Position numbers and translations under genes: made by a program
Notes under the pieces: generated by a model
The model's database searches: none
Seen by the model: only the letters and a program-made list of their open reading frames with translations
Told to the model about the DNA's origin: nothing
In this document: positions 41,068 through 51,272 of the stretch, piece by piece
Position numbering within the stretch: position 1 is the first letter of the stretch
Layout: each line of letters starts with the position of its first letter
Source of the DNA: Balanoglossus misakiensis
Taxonomy: Eukaryota > Animalia > Hemichordata
NCBI GenBank assembly: GCA_040954595.2
Contig: CM082582.2
Coordinates: 2,402,303-2,466,302, forward strand
Direction: 5' to 3'
DNA: 64,000 nt

Positions 41068-41514
41068 CTGTATACAAAGAGAAGATAAAACAATATTTTG
41101 TTATTGGCAGTATTGTCAGTCAGTGTTTTTTTTAACCCTTCCACCCCAATTTCCTCTTCAGTGCTCCAACCTTAACATAGAAAACAATGCAGTTGGACTG
41201 AACCATTGTGGTGATCAGGGTAATGTAACCAGGGTTCCCCAGTCATTTTGTTAACATTCCTTATGGTACCATAAATGCAGTCATATTAATGGTAAGACAG
41301 GTGTTACATGGGGTTTCAAAATCACTTATTGCTCCACCCCCCCCCCCAACAATAGCCAAAATACTGTCAGTGTTATCCAAATTCTTATTTCACACCTGTT
41401 ACAACTAACAAGGTATCTGTCACAGTCATTTTATGCTCTTTTAGTATCCAGGATCTATTGTCGATGATATAATCATCTCTGATCAGACTAGATTGCATGT
41501 ATAGCTCAACAGAA

Positions 41515-41669
41515 TAATATTGAAGGTCAGAATGCTTTTGATGAGGAAACAAAACACCAACTGCGAGAATATATCTTCTTCAGAAAATACCATCATTTTT
41601 ATGTTAGTCAAGATACTTTGCAACTGGTGTATTGTTCTCTCATCAAAAGCATTCTGACCTTCAATATTA
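41515..41669. mobile_element. Small hairpin MITE
   Basis: Perfect ~31-bp inverted repeat TAATATTGAAGGTCAGAATGCTTTTGATGAG / CTCATCAAAAGCATTCTGACCTTCAATATTA. Confidence 0.8.
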
Positions 41670-41874
41670 CTGTAAAACGGATTATTTTCGTGACAGGAAA
41701 TGTTCGCGATATTAAAAGAGGCAACTGTTATGCGAGGATTAATTTTCATGTTCTTGTATTTCATTGCATCTTTATCTCCGAAAAACATTTTACGCAACTT
41801 TTTCTTTTCACATTTTGTTGGCTCTCGCCTATTTCGCAAAAATTAATTGCTTGCGAAAATAACCCGTTTTACAC
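41670..41874. mobile_element. CTGTAAAAC-type MITE, same family as 27048-27254
   Basis: The ends read CTGTAAAACGG ... CCGTTTTACA, and the interior is similar to 27048-27254. Confidence 0.7.
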
Positions 41875-42106
41875 ACAGGTGCAAGCTTTCTCTTATTGTG
41901 AGTATGGCAGAGAAAGTTTTGGCTGCTGTCAAAATTTTCTGACAAAGACATCCAGAAGGATTATGAAACTGAAAATGTTGATAATACAGTGAAACCTGTC
42001 AATTAATACAGACATCTCTCTAATCAGGACACCTCTCTATTAAGGAAAGATTGTTCAAGACAAGAGTAATGGTTTGAATAGAATATTACATGCACATTTC
42101 TGTTAA

Positions 42107-42956
42107 AGGGACAAAGTCTCTCTCTCGCTGCCCTTTTTAGGTCCCATTGGTATAGGCCTATATACCATGGGACCTTATGGGATTGGTTGCGTCTGTATGT
42201 ATGTATGTATGTATGGATGGATGTATGTATGGATGTATGTCCGTCCACATCAAAAACTTGAAAACCACTGTGTGTATCACCTTGATATTTGGTGTGCACA
42301 TGCAGGCTGGGCTGTAGATGGGAGTTTGTTCAAATGAAGTTGTTGTTGCCAAAAATATGCAAATTAGCTGGAAAAATGTGAACTTAGTCAAAACTCAGTA
42401 ACTCAAGAACTACTGGTCAGATTGAACTACTGGTCAGATTGCTTTGCGAAGTGGTGTGTATTTACTTTATTGAGTTGTTTATATACACAGGAAATTCCTG
42501 AATGATTACATAACTGGCTAAGTTTTAAAGAGGCCAGCTGTTCTATTTAGTGTGTGTGTCTGTCAGTATATCGCCATTTACTCCGGTGTAGACTTTTTCT
42601 TTTGTATTCCCTCAATGGGACCACTGTGTCCTTGACGCGATTTTTTCCATTATGTTTGATACAAGAGACATTTTATATTAATGTACATGTGTATATGTAG
42701 TTAATGAACGTTCAACCATACACAATTTCCATCCCACTTGAATGATATGAGCATAAAAACTCGCATAAAATGAATAAATGATAGAGACCGATTATTGGCG
42801 TGTGTTTTTTATCACTCTGGTGGCTACAAGCAGGGTTGAAGTTGTGTGTGGTGAAACATTGATTCACTATATATCCACATGTAGAATAACAGAAATGGTG
42901 CCCTGTAACAAACCTAATTCATGGAAAAGGGGCAGCGAGGGAGAGAATTTGTCCCT
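42107..42956. mobile_element. Kolobok-like MITE (TTAA target duplication)
   Basis: The ends read TTAA-AGGGACAAAGTCTCTCTCTCGCTGCCC ... GGGCAGCGAGGGAGAGAATTTGTCCCT-TTAA. A sister copy lies at 62811-63153. Confidence 0.8.
42136..42430 (+). mobile_element. Helentron/DINE-like non-autonomous element end with GTAT microsatellite
   Basis: It starts TTTTAGGTCCC, followed by a short hairpin region, a (GTAT/GGAT)n tract and a conserved core. An inverted copy lies at about 45140-45311. Confidence 0.6.
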
Positions 42957-43174
42957 TTAAGGACACCTCTCTATTAAGGACACATTTTGTGGTCCCAGAG
43001 GTGTCCTTCCTAGGCAGGTTTCAATGTACTTCACATCTCAGTTGTACTCCACTGTCTGTATGGAATCATTTCCTGGTTGACATGGTGAACTTTACAAAAA
43101 CAGATAAACCACCAAAAAAAGTCAGGGCCATATGTAGAGAATGATCTTGAAACTCAGAATTTTACCATAATTAC

Positions 43175-43273
43175 CTTGAATATCGTAAACTCTTCATATC
43201 GTCAAATAACTGCAATGCAGTACTCAGACCTTCAGAAATCATACCATATTTCTCACCTGCTCCTGACAACAAT
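43175..43273 (-). pseudogene. MED25: MED25 VWA-domain exon
   Basis: 99 nt, phase 2-2, TTTCAG/GTAAT boundaries. It reads LLSGAGEKYGMISEGLSTALQLFDDMKSLRYS, containing the MED25 motif EGLSTALQLFDD. Confidence 0.92.
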
Positions 43274-43434
43274 CTGAAATACAACAACAATCATTTAACA
43301 AAAGGTATATGTAAACAATGTCTACTCTGATTGTAGACAGATTTGATTAAACATTTTATGAAACATTTAAAGGTAGGAACCTCTAATAAAAGCAAGTGAG
43401 TCAAAAGTCAAAAAGAGCGACTTTTTCCCTTTAA

Positions 43435-43519
43435 CCCTTTCACCCCAAGTTCCTTCTATACAGGTCAAACCTTTTCATAGAAAACAATGGGTTTTGACCG
43501 AACCTTGGTTGTGAAAGGG
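43435..43519. mobile_element. 85-bp piggyBac-type MITE
   Basis: The ends read TTAA-CCCTTTCAC ... GTGAAAGGG-TTAA. Degenerate copies lie near 34770-34847 and 41133-41223. Confidence 0.75.
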
Positions 43520-44399
43520 TTAATGGGCTTCCATAATTAGTGTTCTTTAAAATTAGAGGGTGGTACTTAGGGGTTATTACACTAAATTTGGTGAGAACAA
43601 TAGAAAGTGGCAAATTCAGGCTCTGCATGTATGATACTAATGACAATTAGCCTTCTGCTTTAGAATCATCACCATTAAGCTATATTGATTGTATCCGCAT
43701 CAGTTTATCATCTTTTGCTAATGCATAACACGACTGTTGTGTATTCTTTGAATGGAGGCTGATTAAATCGGTGTGACACCCATTTAAAATAACACTAAAT
43801 AACACAAAACTACAATGTGTGCGCGCAAATATTTTGTCACAGTTGCGTGACATGCGCACACAAAAAATCCATTGAAAGATAACAGCGGGCGAGGCTATCT
43901 GGGGCGCCTTGTCAAGGTTGGCCGGTCAGGCGCCCTGTACACATGTACGCGTACGCGCGCTTGTATGCTGTAGCAGGACGCACAATGATGTACGTGCGGT
44001 AACCTAGGCCACAAACTTGACACGTGTCGGGCTATAATTTATGCACACAGAAGCCATTAGATATAACAAAGCAAGTAGGGCTTCTGGGTCATTTTCCTTG
44101 ATGATATAACACAAGAATTCCATACCTTGTCTGTACTTAATACGTATCGGGGGGGGGGGGGGGGGACCACTGTACACAGTCTCTTTCATGATGTTTATGT
44201 ACTTTATTCGCTACATTCTAAATGATATTTTTTGTGTTGGGCCATCTAGACATGAAGGGAGAACTCATTCAAGTATGTTTATCTGAAAGCCTGCTTGTCT
44301 ATCGCTATTTTGTTGCACGTAATTCAAATACAATTTCACGAAAAAAAAATTGGCTCTTTGCGTGCACTGCGCGTAAAAAATAAAATATCAAACGCAAGC

Positions 44400-45311
44400 C
44401 CAGTACAAATTCCAAATTACCTATGATATGATTTCATAATAATTCTAAAGAAGCCAATCCCATTAACTTACAACTAAAATTTATAGAAATCAGCCATACA
44501 GTGTACACTTTCTGAGAAATATAATTTTTTATCAAAATTGGTAAATATACCCCCAAAATACAAGACATTGCCCCCACAAAACATTGACACTTTCATCATA
44601 GGTTTTGTAAATCATCATGACAACTCACCATGGAACCTTCAAATCAAATTTCAAAGCAACGGGGTAGAGGGTTCTGAGAAAGAGTTTTGACCAAAAATGG
44701 CAAAAATCACCCCAAAAATATACTATTGAATTCTACAAATTGATTTGACAAACACACATCTCTATGCCTACCAAATTTCAAAGCAATCTGACAAATGGTT
44801 TTACAGAAAAAAATTGATCAAAAAGGCAAAATTTGCACCAAAATTATAAATTTGCAAATTTTGCAGCAAATTTAAACAAAACTTTGATAACTCACATCAC
44901 CTATATTAAGCCCCATACTAAATTTCAAAGAAGTCAGGTCATCAATTCCAAAAAAGTAGATTTTTTACCAAAAATGTGGAAAAAGACAAAAAAATACATA
45001 AATTATAGAAAATTCAAACTATTAGTTCAAAACATACACAACTGTGTGAGGTTAATATAAGGTACATGCATACCAATTTTCAAATCAATATGACCAGTGG
45101 TTGTTGAGTTTCTGAGTTTTGGCCAAATTTACGTTTTTCCCAACAACTTCATTTGAACAAACTCCCATCTACAGCCCTGCCTGCATCTGCACACCAAATA
45201 TCGAGGTTATATGCTCAGCGGTTTTCAAGTTTTTGATGTGAACGGACATACATCCATACAGACGCAACCGATCTCATGAGGTACCACCAGTATATACAAA
45301 TGGGACCTAAA
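44400..45311 (-). mobile_element. Helentron/DINE-like element with internal modular repeats
   Basis: It ends in GGGACCTAAA, the reverse complement of the start at 42136. Internal TTTCAAAGCAATCTGAC modules are present. Confidence 0.55.
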
Positions 45312-46504
45312 GATATTTCGGTGCAACTTGTAGACTGCATCATATATATATATTGTGTTGTCGCCCAAATTGTGTGTGTGTGTGTGTGTGTGTGTGAGGG
45401 GGGGGGGGTCCCAATGTGCCCTTCCTATGATATCTGCAATAATTGTAGCCTAGATGGGATGATTGATCAAGCCCATAAGCGATCAACCAGCCCACCAAAG
45501 CTACAATTATTGCACCTATTCCTATGATAGCTGGATCCATAGGGTAAACTGTACAAAACAAATAAGTGTCAGTATAAAATGTGGTAACTTTTGGCGTTTG
45601 TTTCTTCCCACTGAATTTTGACATCGCAAAGTGATTTCAGATGTCAGTATATATTTATAATAACATTACTGCCACTAAGAAATATGAATGAAGTTGCACA
45701 GTTCATATAAACATTACACCACTGGCAACTGTGCTATATCATGCCACTTTTATGACCCCTTTTGACCTCTACATCCTGGCTTTTTGTCGGTGTGAGTATA
45801 CAATTTCGAGTTTACCAACCATGCTATTGAATCAATGCATTTTTTCTCATCCTTGAACAAAACTGGTGAACATTGCCTGTTAGAAAAGGTTAGCTGTTCA
45901 ACATTGAATGATGAATGATGTCAAACCAACAAATCACCAGGATGTAAGGTCACACAGGGGTCATGAAAGAGGCCTGTAAGATACTCTTGTTCTCTGCCCA
46001 CTTTCTAACCCTGCTGTCACTACCAGCAGCAGGAATGGGACAGGGGACCAGGCTATATCTATAGGACTGTTTGCTAACATTAAGTGTGTTTACTTGAGTA
46101 AGTTGGGTACTATAAAAAGAATTGTCACCATTACTGTAGGGGGAGACATGAGTCTACCTGGTTGATTTATATTTAACATAATGTGCTTAGATTAATAGAA
46201 ATAATTTATGCATAGTTACTTAGGAACACTTCCATAACTAGTCTGCATTTTGCCTCTGCCAAATAGTAAAGAAAAAACATCAGAGAATAGGCAGAGTAGA
46301 AACTAAACTGCACTCTCCTAAATATAAAATGGTTTACCCCTAAGTCTAATGTGATGCATAGTGTGATTCAATCTGTGTCAATAAAATTGCAACCACATCA
46401 GTGTTCAGTGAAAACAGTATGTGACATACTTTTCCACCTGACCAAATCTATTAGAAACACACTTTTTAAAGAAATTGTTTTAAAGGGGCAGCTGCTATGA
46501 CATT

Positions 46505-46970
46505 TGGGATTAATAGAATCTCACACTCCCAAGGACCTGGGATCGTATTTCTCACACGAGTTGGGGATTTTCTGTCACACACGAGCCGCAGGCGAGTGTG
46601 GGACAAAATATCCCTGACGAGTGTGAGAAATACGATCCCAGGTCCTTGGTGTGTGAGATTATTTTTCTCACACGGTCACAAATTAGCCAAATTCGTTAAA
46701 ACATTGAATAAATGACTCTGGAACTGTCGTCTGGGGGCACGTTATAGTTCTGTGCCTGTAATACACATCACGCCATTGGATAACATTTAGTGCGCGAAGA
46801 GAAAGAACTCTTTGTCAACCAATCAGCGCTCGCGTCATATACAGCTTTCGATTCAGTGAGAGTGTGAGAATAATAGAATCTCACACTCCCAAGGACCTGA
46901 GATCGTATTTCTCACACTCGTCGGGGATATCCTATCCCACACTCCCAGCGGCCAGCAGTGTGAGAAATTA
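46505..46970. mobile_element. Fold-back palindromic element, copy 2, with a repeated arm
   Basis: The hairpin is centred on ACGAGCCGCAGGCGAGT. The arm AATAGAATCTCACACTCCCAAGGACCTG is repeated at about 46512 and 46872. Confidence 0.8.
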
Positions 46971-46974
46971 AATA

Positions 46975-47152
46975 CAGTAAAACCTGTCTGAACCGAACAC
47001 TGAAGGCACTGAAGAAATTGTTCAGTTTACAGACATTTCCAGTTTGTAAAGGTTCTTTTAACATGTGAATTCTATGTCGAAGGTACTGAAAAGGTGTTCA
47101 GTATAGACAGGTTTCCAGATTAGACAGGGTTTGGTTTTGACAGGTTTTACTG
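46975..47152. mobile_element. Tc1/pogo-type MITE
   Basis: The ends read CAGTAAAACCTGTC ... GACAGGTTTTACTG, preceded by TA. Confidence 0.8.
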
Positions 47153-49165
47153 AAGGTTGAAAATTAATTCTATGTGGCCACTGAAGATTCTTGTGCTACT
47201 CCCAACAATATGTTGAAACCCACAATTGATGTATAAAATACCATCCACTAAATATTTAAATGTCACCAAAAACATTTTACTCTAAATAAATAAATATATT
47301 CTATAAAAACATATTTTTAGACATGTTGCATATTTACGTAACAGTAGTAAAAAAATGTGAATGATAACATTACACATTCACGGGCTATGTTGACAAGTGA
47401 AGTATAAATGGGTATATTAGCATGCTGTTTGGAGTAGAACAAGAAATTCCCATTGATACTCAGAACAAAAATATATGTACATCAATTAAAGCCAAAAGTT
47501 ACAGCTAATGTCCCGTTAAGTGCATTGTAATTCAGAAAACTTCTGGAGCAGTGAATAAATCCTACTATTCCTAGTATATCAGAAGTTTTTTTCATTTTAA
47601 AAATCAAGCTAGTTGCTTTAAAAAAAAATGAGACACTACTTTGTACAAAAGTTATGACAGCTTGCATTCACGCAGATTTGAGCCAGACATCTCAAAGCGT
47701 TAACAAAAAAACATAGAGCATACTGTTTTTGCGAAGGTAATTTAAATTGCTTGTTACGTGATAGTAGTGAAAACAATGGTGACATTGAAGTAACCGAAAT
47801 GTTCTCCTATATCAAGCTTTCAGAGATAATTAACAGAGAAATGTTTATTTCAAAAAGTGAATGTCTTATTTTTTATATTATACAGTCACAGTATGTAATA
47901 GAGGGACTGTGATATAGTGCACTGGTTTGGCTGTTGTTTCACTACAGATTTTTGTGGTGGGGGTCACGGGTGGGTCTATGATGGGGGAAACCAGCATAGA
48001 ACCCCCCCCCCCTCCACCCTCCCCCTAGCTGTGTTTCCATAGAGATAATGTAGTACTAAATGTGACATTATTATATGACTCAGAAGGTCACATAGCTCTG
48101 CGTACAGGTCTGTGTGTTCCCGGCTGTATGCAGAGCTAAAGGTCACACAGAGAAACCACACGACAGAGATCTCACCATCTCAAAAAGCTGACTCTGAAAA
48201 GCATGTAAAAGAATTAAGACTGGCTTACCTGTAGGAGGACCTGTGTCACACATCTCTGCCCGCCAAGGTCTTGCCAACGACCCTGGCGATGTCTGTCATC
48301 TAGTCTTGCTCCAAGCGATGCTAATCACACTGGCGGCGCGTCGTACTCATGTTCCTTTCCTTTATCTACAGGCACAGCGACTGCCGTAAAGCCAAGTCAT
48401 CACCGGACTCATCATATCTGATATACTTCCCTGGCCGGTCGGGGCAACACCGACGTCACGATAAAACGTCGTAGGTCCCGTGGCAACACCGTAGCTACAC
48501 CCTAATGAGAGAGAATGTCTAGTGATCTGAGTGACGGCAACTGATCCAGGATCTCAATCACTCACCCGGCTCTGTCAGTGTCATGGCTCTCTCTCTCAAC
48601 TACGGTGCGATCTGTGATGACGACCACCTCGCGAAGTTCTGCCAAGCGCCGCCGCGTCCCATGTAGAAAGGTTGCGAAACCCTTTGAAAACACTGCCAAG
48701 AATGCTCCATTATCCGAAATATGTTCTTTCACTGACGTCTCCACTCATGAGAAATTTAAAAAAGGGGCGTAACACGCTGTTGTAAAAGATCAGCTGATTC
48801 GCGACCAAAACATTCACGATTGACCCTTGACCTAGGATAGTCCTGTACCCTCGATCCAGCGCCAGCTAAGTTGGCGTTGTTAAAATAATTATTAGGTAAA
48901 CAGCCATCACTATAAGCTATAGATGTAATTCAGTAAACCAAAATCTTTAAAAATATATGTTGTCAAGAACAATTTATAGACCAAGGCCATGGCCAGAGGT
49001 ACATCCGAAAAATACCAACTGTACATGGTTATTCTTGTATAACCTTTGACCCCGATTTGTAAACAGTGCTGCATGTTTGAAGTATCGCTCTTAAAAATTG
49101 AGATTCACCTGATGGTTTTATATGAAAGCCAGTTGGGGACATGTACATACGCAATAAATAAAAAA

Positions 49166-49501
49166 TTATCTCGAGATCTCGAGATAATTCCATTCGTTTT
49201 CTGACTTTTTATTTTTTTATCTCGAGATCTCGAGATAATTCCATTCGTTTTCCTGACTTTTTATTTTTTTATCTCGAGATCTCGAGATAATGCTATTCGT
49301 TTTCCTGACTTTTTATTTTTTTATCTCGAGATCTCGAGATAATTCCAATTCGTTTTCCCGACTTTTTATTTTTTTATCTCGAGATCTCGAGATAATTCAA
49401 GTTCGTTTTCCCGACTTTTTATTTTTTTATCTCGAGATCTCGAGATAATTCCAATTCGTTTTCCCGACTTTTTATTTTTTTATCTCGAGATCTCGAGATA
49501 A
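49166..49501. repeat. Seven copies of a perfect 22-bp palindrome at 51-53-bp period
   Basis: TTATCTCGAGATCTCGAGATAA starts at 49166, 49217, 49269, 49321, 49374, 49427 and 49480, with near-identical linkers. Confidence 0.97.
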
Positions 49502-49937
49502 ATTTGTCTTAAAGAGGGCGGGTGTATTGGTACGGAGACTGTCCAGAGAGGGCGGTGTATCGGTACAGAGAATATGGCGTTCTTTTACTAGCTTGACCTA
49601 GTACCAGGACTTTTCGTCGGATTCTGCCTTACATGCTGCATCGTATCTTATCAGACTGACTGAGTGTTGGTAAGTTGAGATTTTACCTCCTTCTCATAAC
49701 CGTTAGATTTGTCGTACACGTAACATGACCACACGATGCACAATTTGTACTGGTTTGTGATGTGGCAATCTATTGAGTCGCCTTGCACGTCAAGCGTCAT
49801 CATGATCATGCCAAACACGATCGACGCGACGTTGACAATGTGCTGCATGCAATAGGTTGACTGAGACGTTCTTGTCAGTATCTCGTACTCAACTTAACTT
49901 GCTTGATTTTTGATTCATGATGTAACATATGCCATCA

Positions 49938-49968
<31 letters not shown>

Positions 49969-50311
49969 ATCACAACTTGAGGCTAACTCTGGCCTTATGC
50001 CGCGCTGTTTGAAACATATATCATACATGATTCAACTTGTGTGTGGGGCGGATAGTTACATCGCCTAGGATCAAGTTGCCATAACTGGATTCTTCCAATA
50101 AATAAATGCACTTTAACTTGATCTTGAATATTAAACAATGCAATGTTAACATCAGTACAGCTGCTGTGATTTATTTTACTTTGCTTCAGTCTGTGATTAT
50201 GACACAGACAAATGTGAGTGTGTATGGTGACCTCAGTACATCCAAGGTCAAACGTCAACAACTCTTCAGTTGATATGAAAGTTTCAAACAAAAAAATTAA
50301 AGCAAAATAGG

Positions 50312-50313
<2 letters not shown>

Positions 50314-50354
<41 letters not shown>

Positions 50355-50660
50355 TGAGTGTGTATGTGTCTGTCTGTGTCTGTCTCTATGTATTAATGAG
50401 TGTGTGTGTAATGTTTGTGCACATTGATTGACTTGATTTAATATTGAAGATTTAAGCACCGATGGCATTTATTACAAAGAGTTATATTATTATCAATAGA
50501 GTCCAAGTTGAAGTCTTAATCACTCCCTAAATTATTTTAAATTGTATGTATGTATGTATGTATGTATGTATGTATGTATGTATGTATGTATGTATGTATG
50601 TATGTATGTATGTATGTATGTATGCATGTATGTATGTATGTATGTATGTATGTATGTATG
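50314..50660. repeat. Microsatellites (TG)n at about 50314-50355 and (TATG)n at about 50543-50660
   Basis: Direct inspection. A further (TATG)n tract at about 51120-51200 lies in the HECT gene intron. Confidence 0.95.
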
Positions 50661-50923
50661 TTGACAATTGAGAAGTTTCCTCATCAAAAATTCTGAACAA
50701 AATTCTTGCTTCACTGTAATTTTTGGTGAAATATCAACTTTATTCAAGGTGAGAAAGTAGATAGTTTTTCCTTCTGAGATAATATTCTCAAATTTCCCAA
50801 ACTGTTCATAAAAATCAAGTTGATGCATTATTTCATGCTTGTCTTTAGGTACATCAGTTTTGATTTAACTGTTGTTGATTTTCCTTACAGAAAAATATTA
50901 CTTAAGCAAACAGATCAGACAAA

Positions 50924-51001
50924 ATGGCAGAAAAACTATATGAATTTCTTAGACGACGCAGAGTGCCTGAAGAGGAAATTGACAGACTTGAACAGGAAAA
51001 G
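50924..51001 (+). CDS. First coding exon of the SAM-like/HECT E3 ligase gene
   Basis: ATG at 50924 gives MAEKLYEFLRRRRVPEEEIDRLEQEK. The donor AAG|GTAAAT splices in frame to TTTCAG|ATT at 51273. Confidence 0.8.
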
Positions 51002-51272
51002 GTAAATTTTTTATTAGTTCTTGTTGCATATATGTAAATATGGCTAAATGAGCTTTAAGGCTAGTAGGTGGAAAAATATTCATTGACAGTCTTTCCATCT
51101 TTGTTTGTTTGTTTGTTTGTATGTATGTACCCGTATGTATGTATGTATGTATGTATGTATGTATGTATGTATGTATGTATGTATGTATGTATGTATGTAT
51201 TTAGCGAGACCCCCCGCACCCTCTGCCCATATGCATGCACTAAGATTCCATGTGCTTTAAATTGATTTTCAG

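Larger units (their letters stand above)
41987..43026. mobile_element. Tc1/pogo-type MITE split by nested insertions
   Basis: The ends read TA-CAGTGAAACCTG ... CAGGTTTCAATG-TA. AGGACACCTCTCTATTAAGGA modules lie on both sides of the insert. Confidence 0.75.

Noticed and set aside
43025-43090. Possible extra minus-strand exon (SPCQPGNDS...)
   Set aside because: There are stops in all frames tested, the splice sites are weak and it does not fit between the flanking MED25 exons.
49166-49501. CRISPR-like appearance of regularly spaced palindromes
   Set aside because: The linkers are near-identical rather than unique spacers, no cas genes are present and the context is eukaryotic.
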